A stretch of 64,000 nt of DNA from Silanimonas sp. Its GTDB lineage: Bacteria > Pseudomonadota > Gammaproteobacteria > Xanthomonadales > Xanthomonadaceae. Position 1 is the stretch's first letter; the number at the start of each line of letters is the position of its first letter. The notes under the pieces are model-generated. The model had not been told where the DNA came from. It made no database searches and saw only the letters and a program-made list of their open reading frames with translations. The position numbers and the translations under genes were made by a program. The DNA lies in NCBI RefSeq assembly GCF_027531545.1, contig NZ_JAPZSC010000058.1, positions 4,296 to 68,295 on the forward strand, written 5' to 3'. This document shows positions 54,429 through 64,000 of this stretch, piece by piece.

Positions 54429-55148
54429 ATGAATTTCCTGAAATCCGCTTTGGTGATCGGCGGCGTCGGTCTGCTCGGCGCGACCGGCGTCATCTATTTC
54501 GGCGTCGTGCATCCCGGCGCTGATGAGCCGCATTCGGCGGCCGTGTATCGCCTGATCGAAACCGCTCGCGAGCGTGCCATCGCCGTTCGGGCGGACGACG
54601 TCGTCGTCCCTGCGCTGGTCGATGCCGAGCAAATCCGCCGCGGCGCGGGCAACTACGCCTCGATGTGCGTGGCCTGTCATCTCGCGCCCGGGGCGGCTGG
54701 CACCGAGTTGAGTCAGGGTCTCTATCCGGCGCCGCCGAACCTTTCGACGCAGGCCATCCGCTCCCCTGAGCACGCCTTCTGGGTGATCAAGCATGGGATC
54801 AAGGCCTCGGGCATGCCGGCCTGGGGCAAGAGCATGGACGACCCCTACATCTGGGACATGGTCGCGTTCCTGCAAGCGATGCCGACGATGGATGCGGCGG
54901 CCTACCGCGACCTCGTCGCGTCGAGCGACGGCCACTCGCACGGCGGCGGGGAATCAATGCCGCATCCGCACGGCAGTTCCAGCGGCGGCGATCACCACGG
55001 TGCCGTTGACGAGGGCAGCAGCGCGGCCGCCCACGATCACAGCAGTCATGACCACGGGGCGCATGACCACGGCGACGCGGCGGACAGCACCGAGGCCGCA
55101 CCGGCCGACCACCACGACGACCCCAACGCGCCGCCCCATGCCCACTGA
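54429..55148 (+). CDS. Monoheme cytochrome c with His-rich tail
   Basis: CVACH; GIKASGMPAWG distal Met; HSHGG...HDHSSHDHGAHDH tail. Confidence 0.88.
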   Translation: MNFLKSALVIGGVGLLGATGVIYFGVVHPGADEPHSAAVYRLIETARERAIAVRADDVVVPALVDAEQIRRGAGNYASMCVACHLAPGAAGTELSQGLYPAPPNLSTQAIRSPEHAFWVIKHGIKASGMPAWGKSMDDPYIWDMVAFLQAMPTMDAAAYRDLVASSDGHSHGGGESMPHPHGSSSGGDHHGAVDEGSSAAAHDHSSHDHGAHDHGDAADSTEAAPADHHDDPNAPPHAH

Positions 55149-55161
55149 CCGGAACACACGA

Positions 55162-55683
55162 ATGCACACCTTCACCCGATCCGCCGGCGTCCTCATGCTG
55201 GCCGCCGCCCCCATCCTTGCAACGGCGCACGAGAACGCGCCCCACGCGCCCGCCGCCTTGGCGACGGCGCGAGCGCAACACGTCGCGCCAGCGGCATCCA
55301 CCCCCGAGGCGACGGTGGAAGCCTTCGCGCAAGCGCTGCGTCGCGGCGACACCGCCACGCTCCGCTCCCTTCTGGCGCCCGACGTGCTGATTCTCGAGGG
55401 CGGCGGCGCGGAGCGCTCCGCCGAGGAGTACTTGGGCGGGCACGCCGTTTCCGATGCCGCGTTCCTGAAAGACGCGCACATCCAGCAGACGGCACGAACG
55501 GTCAAGACCGAGGGTAACCTCGCTTGGGTCGCCACCGAGAGCGAGCTGCACGTGGAGCGCGACGGCCAGCCGGTGACGCTGAGCAGTGCGGAGACGATGC
55601 TGCTGCAGAAGATCGACGGCGCCTGGCGCATCGTCCACATCCACTGGTCGTCGGCGCGACGCGCCCAGAAGGCGACGCCATGA
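55162..55683 (+). CDS. Exported NTF2/SnoaL-like (DUF4440-like) protein
   Basis: Signal peptide; VLILEGGGAERS...EYLGGHA..D; ETMLL..IDGAWRIVHIHWS. Confidence 0.8.
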   Translation: MHTFTRSAGVLMLAAAPILATAHENAPHAPAALATARAQHVAPAASTPEATVEAFAQALRRGDTATLRSLLAPDVLILEGGGAERSAEEYLGGHAVSDAAFLKDAHIQQTARTVKTEGNLAWVATESELHVERDGQPVTLSSAETMLLQKIDGAWRIVHIHWSSARRAQKATP

Positions 55684-56180
55684 GCCGCCTCCTGATTGCG
55701 CTGGTGCTCGGCGTCTCAGCCGCCGCCTCGGGGTGCAGTGTGGCCACGTCGACCGACAGCGCGCCACAGACGACCGAAGCGGCGCCGGCGGCGGCATCGC
55801 CGCTTCTGGTGGTGCACAAGAGCCCGACCTGCGGATGCTGCTCGCTGTGGGTCGACCACATGAAGCAGGCCGGCTTCCGCGCCGAGATCCAACTGTCGGA
55901 CAACGTCGAGCCGGTGAAACGCCGCGTCGGCGTTCCGGCGGGCTACGGCAGCTGCCACACGGCGGAAGTGGGCGGCTACTTCGTCGAGGGCCACGTGCCG
56001 GCCGAAGACGTGCAACGCCTGCTCAAGGAGCGACCGGACGCACTCGGGCTGACCGTACCCGGCATGCCGATGGGATCCCCGGGGATGGAAGTACCTTCCG
56101 GCGAAGTCCGGCCCTACACCGTGTTCCTCGTGCATCGGGACGGCTCCGTGTCGCCCTTCGCCGAGCACGGTCCGCGCTGA
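55680..56180 (+). CDS. copG: DUF411 / CopG-like periplasmic copper protein
   Basis: [32 protein letters not shown]. Confidence 0.88.
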   Translation: MSRLLIALVLGVSAAASGCSVATSTDSAPQTTEAAPAAASPLLVVHKSPTCGCCSLWVDHMKQAGFRAEIQLSDNVEPVKRRVGVPAGYGSCHTAEVGGYFVEGHVPAEDVQRLLKERPDALGLTVPGMPMGSPGMEVPSGEVRPYTVFLVHRDGSVSPFAEHGPR

Positions 56181-56190
56181 GGAGAACGCC

Positions 56191-58386
56191 ATGGCGCACG
56201 CCCCCCACGCTCACCACCGGCACGCCGAGGCTGCCAATCCCACACCGTCGCCCGCCGCGGTCGGCGAGAGTGGCAGCGGGGGTGGGGCCTGGTACACCTG
56301 CCCGATGCACCCCGAGGTACGCCAGCTCGGCCCGGGGCACTGCCCGAAATGCGGCATGGCGCTTGAACCCGAGCTCCCGGGCGCGGATGACGATGCGGTC
56401 TCGCCCGAACTGGCCGACTTCACGCGCCGGTTCTGGTGGACGCTGCCGCTCACGGTGGGGGTCTTGGCCATCGCGATGGCCGGCCACCGCGTTCCCGGGT
56501 GGTCGCCGGCGGCGCGCACCTGGATCGAGTTGGTGCTGACGACGCCGGTGGTGCTGTGGGCGGGATGGCCGTTCTTCGCCCGCGGCTGGGTCTCGTTCCG
56601 CACGGGTCAGCTCAACATGTGGAGCCTGATCAGCGTCGGCGTCGCGGCCGCGTTCCTGTACAGCTTGGCGGCGACGCTCGCACCGGGAGTATTTCCGGCC
56701 AGCTTCGTCGAGCACGGCCGCGTCGGGGTGTACTACGAAGCCGCCGCAGTGATCGTTTCCCTGACACTGCTGGGGCAGCTGCTGGAACTGAGCGCCCGGT
56801 CGAAGACCTCGGCAGCCATCCGGGCCCTGCTGGACCTGGCCCCGAAGACCGCGCGTCGTCTGAAGGCCGACGGCGCGGATGAGGACGTCCCGATCAGCGA
56901 ACTGCACGTCGGCGATCGCGTCCGCGTCCGGCCCGGCGAGAAAGTCCCTACCGACGGCAAGGTGCTCGAAGGACGGTCGCACGTCGACGAGTCGATGCTG
57001 ACGGGCGAGCCGGTGCCGGTGGAGAAGTCGGCGGGCGATGCGGTGATCGGCGCCACGCAGAATGCGAACGGAGCGCTATTGGTCGAGGTGACCAAGGTCG
57101 GGGGCGACACGCTGCTCAGCCAGATCGTGCAATTGGTGGCGGCGGCGCAGCGGTCGAAGGCACCCCTGCAGCGCATGGCCGACGTTGTCGCCTACTGGTT
57201 CGTCCTCGCCGTGCTCGCGATCGCGGCGCTGACCCTGCTCGGCTGGGGCCTGTTCGGGCCGGCGCCGTCGTGGACCTACGGCGTGCTCAACGCGGTGTCG
57301 GTGCTCATCATCGCGTGCCCGTGTGCCCTCGGACTGGCCACGCCGATGTCGATCATGGTGGCCACCGGACGCGCAGCACGCTCCGGGGTGTTGTTTCGGG
57401 ACGCCGAGGCCATCGAGACGCTGCGCAGTGTCAGTGTGCTGGTCGTCGACAAGACCGGGACGCTGACGGCCGGGCGACCTGCGTTCAGTGCGGTACTGCC
57501 GACGCCAGATTTCACCCAAGACCAGATTTTGCGATGGGCGGCATCGCTCGATCTGGGTAGCGAACATCCGCTGGCGGCGGCCATCGTCGACGAGGCGCGG
57601 CGTCGCAACCTACCGCTCACCGCGGCCCAGGATTTCTCGTCCGATTCCGGCATCGGTGTCCGCGGCCGGGTGGACGGCCTCCACCTGATGCTCGGCAACG
57701 AAGCGCTGATGGCACGGGGCGCCGTTGGGCTCGGTGCCCTCGCGCCGTCCGCCGAGAGCTTGCGCAGCGCCGGCGCCAGCGTCATGCATCTGGCCGTTGA
57801 CGGGCAGCTGGCGGGATTGCTCGCGGTGAAGGACCCCATCAAATCGACCAGCCCCGAAGCCATCGCTGCGCTGCGCCGCGCCGGTATGCGCGTCGTAATG
57901 GCCACCGGAGACGGCCACGCGACGGCGAAAGCGGTGGCCCGTGCGTTGGGCATCGATGAGGTGCACGGCGAGGTTACGCCGGCCGACAAGCTGGCATTGG
58001 TCGAGCGCCTGCAGTCCACAGGGGCGAAAGTCGCGATGGCGGGCGACGGCATCAATGACGCGCCCGCATTGGCAAAGGCGGACGTGGGCATTGCGATGGG
58101 CACGGGGACAGACGTGGCGATGTCGAGCGCCAAAGTCACCTTGGTCAAGGGCGATTTGAAGGGCATCGCGATCGCCCGTCGAATCTCGGAGGAGACCGTG
58201 GCGAACATGAAACAGAACCTCGTGTTTGCCTTTGCCTACAACGCGGCCGGAGTGCCCGTGGCTGCCGGACTGCTGTACCTGTTCGGCGGCCCCCTGCTCA
58301 GCCCGATGGTCGCTGCGCTGGCGATGAGCCTCAGCTCGTTCTCCGTCGTCGTGAATGCACTCCGCTTGCGGAACGCCGCGTATTGA
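56191..58386 (+). CDS. Second Cu(I)/Ag(I) P1B-1 ATPase (CopF/SilP-like)
   Basis: YTCPMHP...CPKCGM N-terminal domain; [26 protein letters not shown]. Confidence 0.93.
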   Translation: MAHAPHAHHRHAEAANPTPSPAAVGESGSGGGAWYTCPMHPEVRQLGPGHCPKCGMALEPELPGADDDAVSPELADFTRRFWWTLPLTVGVLAIAMAGHRVPGWSPAARTWIELVLTTPVVLWAGWPFFARGWVSFRTGQLNMWSLISVGVAAAFLYSLAATLAPGVFPASFVEHGRVGVYYEAAAVIVSLTLLGQLLELSARSKTSAAIRALLDLAPKTARRLKADGADEDVPISELHVGDRVRVRPGEKVPTDGKVLEGRSHVDESMLTGEPVPVEKSAGDAVIGATQNANGALLVEVTKVGGDTLLSQIVQLVAAAQRSKAPLQRMADVVAYWFVLAVLAIAALTLLGWGLFGPAPSWTYGVLNAVSVLIIACPCALGLATPMSIMVATGRAARSGVLFRDAEAIETLRSVSVLVVDKTGTLTAGRPAFSAVLPTPDFTQDQILRWAASLDLGSEHPLAAAIVDEARRRNLPLTAAQDFSSDSGIGVRGRVDGLHLMLGNEALMARGAVGLGALAPSAESLRSAGASVMHLAVDGQLAGLLAVKDPIKSTSPEAIAALRRAGMRVVMATGDGHATAKAVARALGIDEVHGEVTPADKLALVERLQSTGAKVAMAGDGINDAPALAKADVGIAMGTGTDVAMSSAKVTLVKGDLKGIAIARRISEETVANMKQNLVFAFAYNAAGVPVAAGLLYLFGGPLLSPMVAALAMSLSSFSVVVNALRLRNAAY

Positions 58387-58451
58387 TTGCCGAGCCCGGT
58401 GGCGCTCCGACGCCGGGTCCGGTTCCCATATCCACGGAGCGGGAGAATCCC

Positions 58452-58748
58452 ATGTCATTTCTGCGTACGGCAGTGATAGCTCTCGGACTGGTCTTCGCCA
58501 GTCCGATCGTTGTGTCCAACAACCACTCGCACGCCAACCATCCGGCCCCGGCCGGCCAGGACCATGCCGCGATGGCCCCGGACTTCGCCAAGCTGGACAC
58601 CAACGGCGACGGCCAGCTCGAGAAGACCGAGCTGCCGAAAGATCATCCGATGGCCGCACACTTCGACATGATGGACAAGGACAAGGACGGCAAGGTCAGC
58701 AAGGCCGAGTTCGATGCCATGCACTCGCAAAGTTCTCGCGAAGCGTAA
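58452..58748 (+). CDS. Small exported EF-hand protein
   Basis: Signal peptide; DTNGDGQLEKTE and DKDKDGKVSKAE loops; His/Met residues. Confidence 0.8.
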   Translation: MSFLRTAVIALGLVFASPIVVSNNHSHANHPAPAGQDHAAMAPDFAKLDTNGDGQLEKTELPKDHPMAAHFDMMDKDKDGKVSKAEFDAMHSQSSREA

Positions 58749-58828
58749 CGATCTGCCGTCAGATCTTCTGTCCAATCAGGACAACGCCTCTGTCGCAGAC
58801 ATTCTGTTGCTCAATTTTGGAGAACGAA

Positions 58829-59215
58829 ATGCTCATTCCGCATCTTTCACGTATCGCTATCAGCGCGTTGATGGTGTCAAGTCTTCTAGCCCCTGCCTCG
58901 GTATGGGCCGCCGATCCAGAGGGCGAATCGCCCGGCGTGGCCCATACGTTCTTCATGCGAGGACAAATCCTCGATATCAAGGACGAAACCGTTGTTCTAT
59001 GCATCGGCAAATCGGATGGAGCGGTCGTTGGCCAGGAGCTCGACGTGATCCGTCACCGGCGAGTCAGCTCAGGGCCGAAGGGCCAGGGGCGCTTCGAACG
59101 AGAGACGATTGGACGAGTCCGCGTTACCGCCATCATTGACGATCATTACGCTGAAGGCGCCCTGCTCAGCGGCTCTGCGTCGGGAAACGACAGCGTCGAG
59201 CTGATCAGGGAATGA
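58829..59215 (+). CDS. Hypothetical exported protein, possible FlgT C-terminal-like beta fold
   Basis: SD GGAG; signal ending VWA; VVLCIGKSDGAVVGQELDVIR...IGRVRVT..IDDHYAEG. Confidence 0.6.
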   Translation: MLIPHLSRIAISALMVSSLLAPASVWAADPEGESPGVAHTFFMRGQILDIKDETVVLCIGKSDGAVVGQELDVIRHRRVSSGPKGQGRFERETIGRVRVTAIIDDHYAEGALLSGSASGNDSVELIRE

Positions 59216-59252
59216 TGGTGCTTGACCGCGGCGCGCCCTCAAGTCTCTGATG

Positions 59253-59287
59253 CCCCCCCCCAGCACGCTCCGCTTGCTGGGGGGGGG
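59253..59287. repeat. Perfect 13-bp inverted repeat with C9/G9 arms
   Basis: CCCCCCCCCAGCA-cgctccgct-TGCTGGGGGGGGG. Confidence 0.85.
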
Positions 59288-59388
59288 TTCCGACGGCGCA
59301 GACCTTCCCTCGCGAAGCGCCTATCGCAGCGAAACGCTTTCTTTGCCGTAGTTTACATCTCAGCCTTTTCACGCGTTGCAACATGACG

Positions 59389-59781
59389 GTGCTTTGTCAG
59401 CTTGTCCCTCAGGTGAGGAACGCGCCCCTCGGGCAGCAATGCGGGGTCGCGATCGGCCCGATCCAGCTCGGCAAGGTAGCGGGCGACGCTCTCCTCCAAC
59501 TGCTCCCGGCGCCCCCTGATCTTTCCGACCGTGTAGTTACGGTCGCGGCTGTTGACCGCTTTGAGCTTGCTGCCGTCGATGGCGACGACTGCGTGCGAAA
59601 AGACCTTCATCCTTCGGCACAGCGAAACGAAGCGGCTGCACACCGCGGTGATCGCGCCGCCGTTGTCCCTGCGGAAGTCAGCGATGGTTTTGAAGTCCGG
59701 TGCCAGTCGCCCGGTCAGCCAGATCAATTCGAGATTGCGCTGCGTTTCTCGCTCTAGGCGTCGGCTGGACTGGATTCGGTT
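59389..59781 (-). pseudogene. Internal fragment of an IS1182-family transposase
   Basis: NRIQSSRRLERETQRNLELIWLTGRLAPDFKTIADFRRDN...VAIDGSKLKAVN; both ends missing. Confidence 0.85.
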
Positions 59782-59924
59782 GGGTATCCGGAATCTGGTG
59801 TGGGTTCTGGCTCCTTGGGTCTTTGTAGCTATCACTTTCAAAGAATGGATTTTGGTGTTGGACGGCTGAGCGGATGCGCTAGAGTAAAAGTCGGATTTCA
59901 GTGTGGGTTCGCCCAAGGTGCTGA

Positions 59925-61265
59925 GTGACGGACTTTCTCCAGCTGCGAAGCCTGAAGACGCTTGAAATCCTGACCAGCGAGGACAGTTACGTCGTCAAGG
60001 CCGAAGGCGTCAATCAGTGGGTGACCTGCCCGCTGTGCAAGACCGGACGCCTGCATGGTCACGGCTCACAGGAACAGTCGTTTCAGGACACACCGACGCA
60101 CGGCAAACCCGTCGTGATCTTCATCCAGCGCCGTCGCTATCGCTGTACAAGCTGCACCAAGACCTTGTTTGAGCCTGTGGCGGACCTTGATGGAAAACGC
60201 CAAGCCACGGCGCGTCTGGTGCGTTATATCCGCGACCAGTCCTTCTCCAAGACCTTTGCGGCCCTTGCCCGGGAAGTAGCCGTGGACGAAAAGACGGTCC
60301 GCCACGTCTTCGACGATTTCATCGAGGAGGTCGAGGCCAAGACCCAGTTCCGGACGCCGCGGGTGCTGGGTATCGACGAGCTCAAGATCATCGGCCAGTA
60401 CCGGGCCATGATCACCAACGTCGAGCGCAAGACCGTGTTCGATATCCGCCCCAGCCGGGCCAAAGCCGAGTTGATGCCCTATTTCCGCGACCTGCGGGAC
60501 AAGGACTCGGTCGAGTGGGTGGCGATGGACATGTACCAGGTTTATCGGCAGGTGGTGCGCGCCACGCTGCCACAGGCCCGGATCGTGGTCGATCGATTCC
60601 ATATCCAGCGCATGGCGAACGACGCGCTGGAGAAGCTGCGCAAGCGCATTCGCAAGGATTTGTCCACCCGGCAGCGCCTCAAACTCAAGGACGAGCGGTT
60701 CCTGCTGCTCAAGCGGCAGCACGACCTGACAGGGAGAGATATGGACCGGATGCGGGAATGGTTCCAACAGTTCCCGCTCCTAAGCGAAGCCCACGCGCTC
60801 AAGGAAGGATTTCTGTCGATCTGGGATCAGAAGACCCGCCCAGCAGCAGAAGCCGCCTGCGCGAAGTGGCAGGCCAATATTCCGACCGAATTGGCGGCCA
60901 CGTTCAAGGACCTGACCACCGCCGTGCACAACTGGCACGACGAAATCTTCGCCTACTTCGAGCAGCCGATTACCAATGCCTATACTGAGTCAGTCAACCG
61001 AGTGGCCAAAGACATGAACCGCATGGGCAGGGGTTACAGCTTCGAGGTGCTTCGGGCGCGCATGCTCTACGACAAGAAGGCGCGCAAGGATGGCTCGGTT
61101 ATCGAAACCGTGTTGGTCGATGACGACGACCCAATGACCACGGACTTCGTGTTCCAGCGGATGACCACGGCGGCAACGCGCAAGAAGAAGATCACGCGCG
61201 TGGTCGAGTACGGCCCCTATCTCCCGACGCTGGCGCGGCTACTCGAAGAGGGGTATTTCGAATAG
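59925..61265 (+). CDS. ISL3-family transposase
   Basis: CPLC...RRRYRCTSC zinc finger; LGIDE, AMDM, DRFH, TNAYTESVN. Confidence 0.93.
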   Translation: MTDFLQLRSLKTLEILTSEDSYVVKAEGVNQWVTCPLCKTGRLHGHGSQEQSFQDTPTHGKPVVIFIQRRRYRCTSCTKTLFEPVADLDGKRQATARLVRYIRDQSFSKTFAALAREVAVDEKTVRHVFDDFIEEVEAKTQFRTPRVLGIDELKIIGQYRAMITNVERKTVFDIRPSRAKAELMPYFRDLRDKDSVEWVAMDMYQVYRQVVRATLPQARIVVDRFHIQRMANDALEKLRKRIRKDLSTRQRLKLKDERFLLLKRQHDLTGRDMDRMREWFQQFPLLSEAHALKEGFLSIWDQKTRPAAEAACAKWQANIPTELAATFKDLTTAVHNWHDEIFAYFEQPITNAYTESVNRVAKDMNRMGRGYSFEVLRARMLYDKKARKDGSVIETVLVDDDDPMTTDFVFQRMTTAATRKKKITRVVEYGPYLPTLARLLEEGYFE

Positions 61266-61347
61266 TCCTCAGCCCATTGTGCAAGAGGCGGCGCTTCAGC
61301 CTGAATTTGTGATTCAGCCGATGAAGCATAGGTAAGAGGCCCAGCCA

Positions 61348-63328
<1,981 letters not shown>

Positions 63329-63340
63329 GGCGATCTCCTT

Positions 63341-63691
63341 TCAGTAGAACAGGGGCATGAGGTAGGGGAACACGAGGGCGATCAGTACCAGGGCAGCGAC
63401 GATCCAGAAAATCACCTTGTAGGCCGTCCGTACCTGGGGCACGGCGCATGCGTCGTCCGGCGCGCAGGCGCGAGCCGGCCGGAAGATGCGACGCCACGCG
63501 AAGAACAGCGCCACGAGCGCCACGCCAATGAAGATCGGCCGGTACGGTTCCAGCGCGGTCAAGTTGCCGATCCAGGCGCCGGAGAAACCCAGCGTGATCA
63601 GCACCAGCGGACCGAGGCAGCAGGTCGAGGCGAGGATGGCGGCGAGGCCACCGGCGGCCAGTGCACCGCGGCCGTTGCTGGGGTCTGCCAT
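63341..63691 (-). CDS. merT: Mercury transporter
   Basis: LASTCCLGPL, LEPYRP, ACAPDDACA; 116 aa. Confidence 0.97.
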   Translation of the reverse strand: MADPSNGRGALAAGGLAAILASTCCLGPLVLITLGFSGAWIGNLTALEPYRPIFIGVALVALFFAWRRIFRPARACAPDDACAVPQVRTAYKVIFWIVAALVLIALVFPYLMPLFY

Positions 63692-63729
63692 GTGAGGGAT
63701 CTCCTTCCGAGACGTTGCGTGATGCGCTA

Positions 63730-63760
63730 AGGTTACTTCCGTAGTCAAGTACGGAGTCAA
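63730..63760 (-). promoter_or_regulatory. mer operator/promoter
   Basis: TTGACT-19 bp-TAACCT with the dyad TCCGTAC-TTGA-CTACGGA (one mismatch). Confidence 0.93.
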
Positions 63761-63765
63761 GCGCG

Positions 63766-64000
63766 ATGGTGAACGATCCACAAACACTGACCATCGGGGC
63801 TTTCGCCAAGGCCGCTGGGGTCAACGTGGAGACCATCCGGTTCTATCAGCGCAAGGGGTTATTGCCAGAACCAGGTCGGCCCGTCGGCAGTATTCGCCGC
63901 TACGGATCGGCGGACGTGGCGCGGGTGCGTTTCGTGAAATCCGCCCAGCGGCTGGGGTTCAACCTGGACGAAGTCGGCCAACTCCTACAGCTTGAGGACG
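63766..64000 (+). CDS. merR: Hg(II)-responsive regulator MerR (truncated by window end)
   Basis: Manual translation [36 protein letters not shown]...IRRY...[12 protein letters not shown]. Confidence 0.96.
   Translation, partial: MVNDPQTLTIGAFAKAAGVNVETIRFYQRKGLLPEPGRPVGSIRRYGSADVARVRFVKSAQRLGFNLDEVGQLLQLED

Noticed and set aside
58749-58828. CopR/CusR box among short palindromes (TGTCC-N5-GGACA, TGTC-N3-GACA)
   Set aside because: Poor match to the TGACA-N-TGT consensus and no cognate regulator in the window
59353-59916. 187-aa ORF as an intact gene
   Set aside because: Chimeric: the N-terminus reads antisense through the ISL3 end and the C-terminus runs past the IS1182 breakpoint

Overview
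High-GC chromosomal window whose gene content and order fit the Lysobacterales (Xanthomonadales); the taxonomy is inferred. Bases 1-45610 are core genome: bamE/fur/recN, hrcA-grpE-dnaK-dnaJ, dapB-carA-carB-greA-rpfE-like-recJ-prfB(frameshift)-lysS, fadD/rpfB, acnA, hflD-mnmA-nudJ, clpS-clpA, infA-aat-GNAT-trxB, ald-ftsK-lolA-rarA-crcB-serS-LysR and tRNA-Ser(UGA). The lysS-acnA interval is the syntenic slot of the Xanthomonas rpf/DSF quorum-sensing cluster. Here rpfF/C/H/G are absent. In their place are a large secreted protein with no visible catalytic domain, preceded by three CRP/Clp-like boxes, and a coupled pair of a degenerate HD-GYP protein and a degenerate-GGDEF/EAL protein downstream of the acyl-CoA ligase. 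From the tRNA-Ser 3' end to the window end lies a metal-resistance island with att-like architecture (IHF site plus three phased 10-bp repeats). It carries: a Cys-rich RPPI-leader / OM barrel / MerP-like / MerT-like operon without a reductase; copZ/copA/cueR; a CopL-led periplasmic copper operon (orphan TolC with Met/His tail, two-domain multicopper oxidase, cytochrome c, NTF2-like, CopG, second P1B ATPase, EF-hand protein); an IS1182 remnant cut by an ISL3-family element; and a merR-merT-merP-merA operon. All calls come from reading the sequence by eye; no database searches were run.
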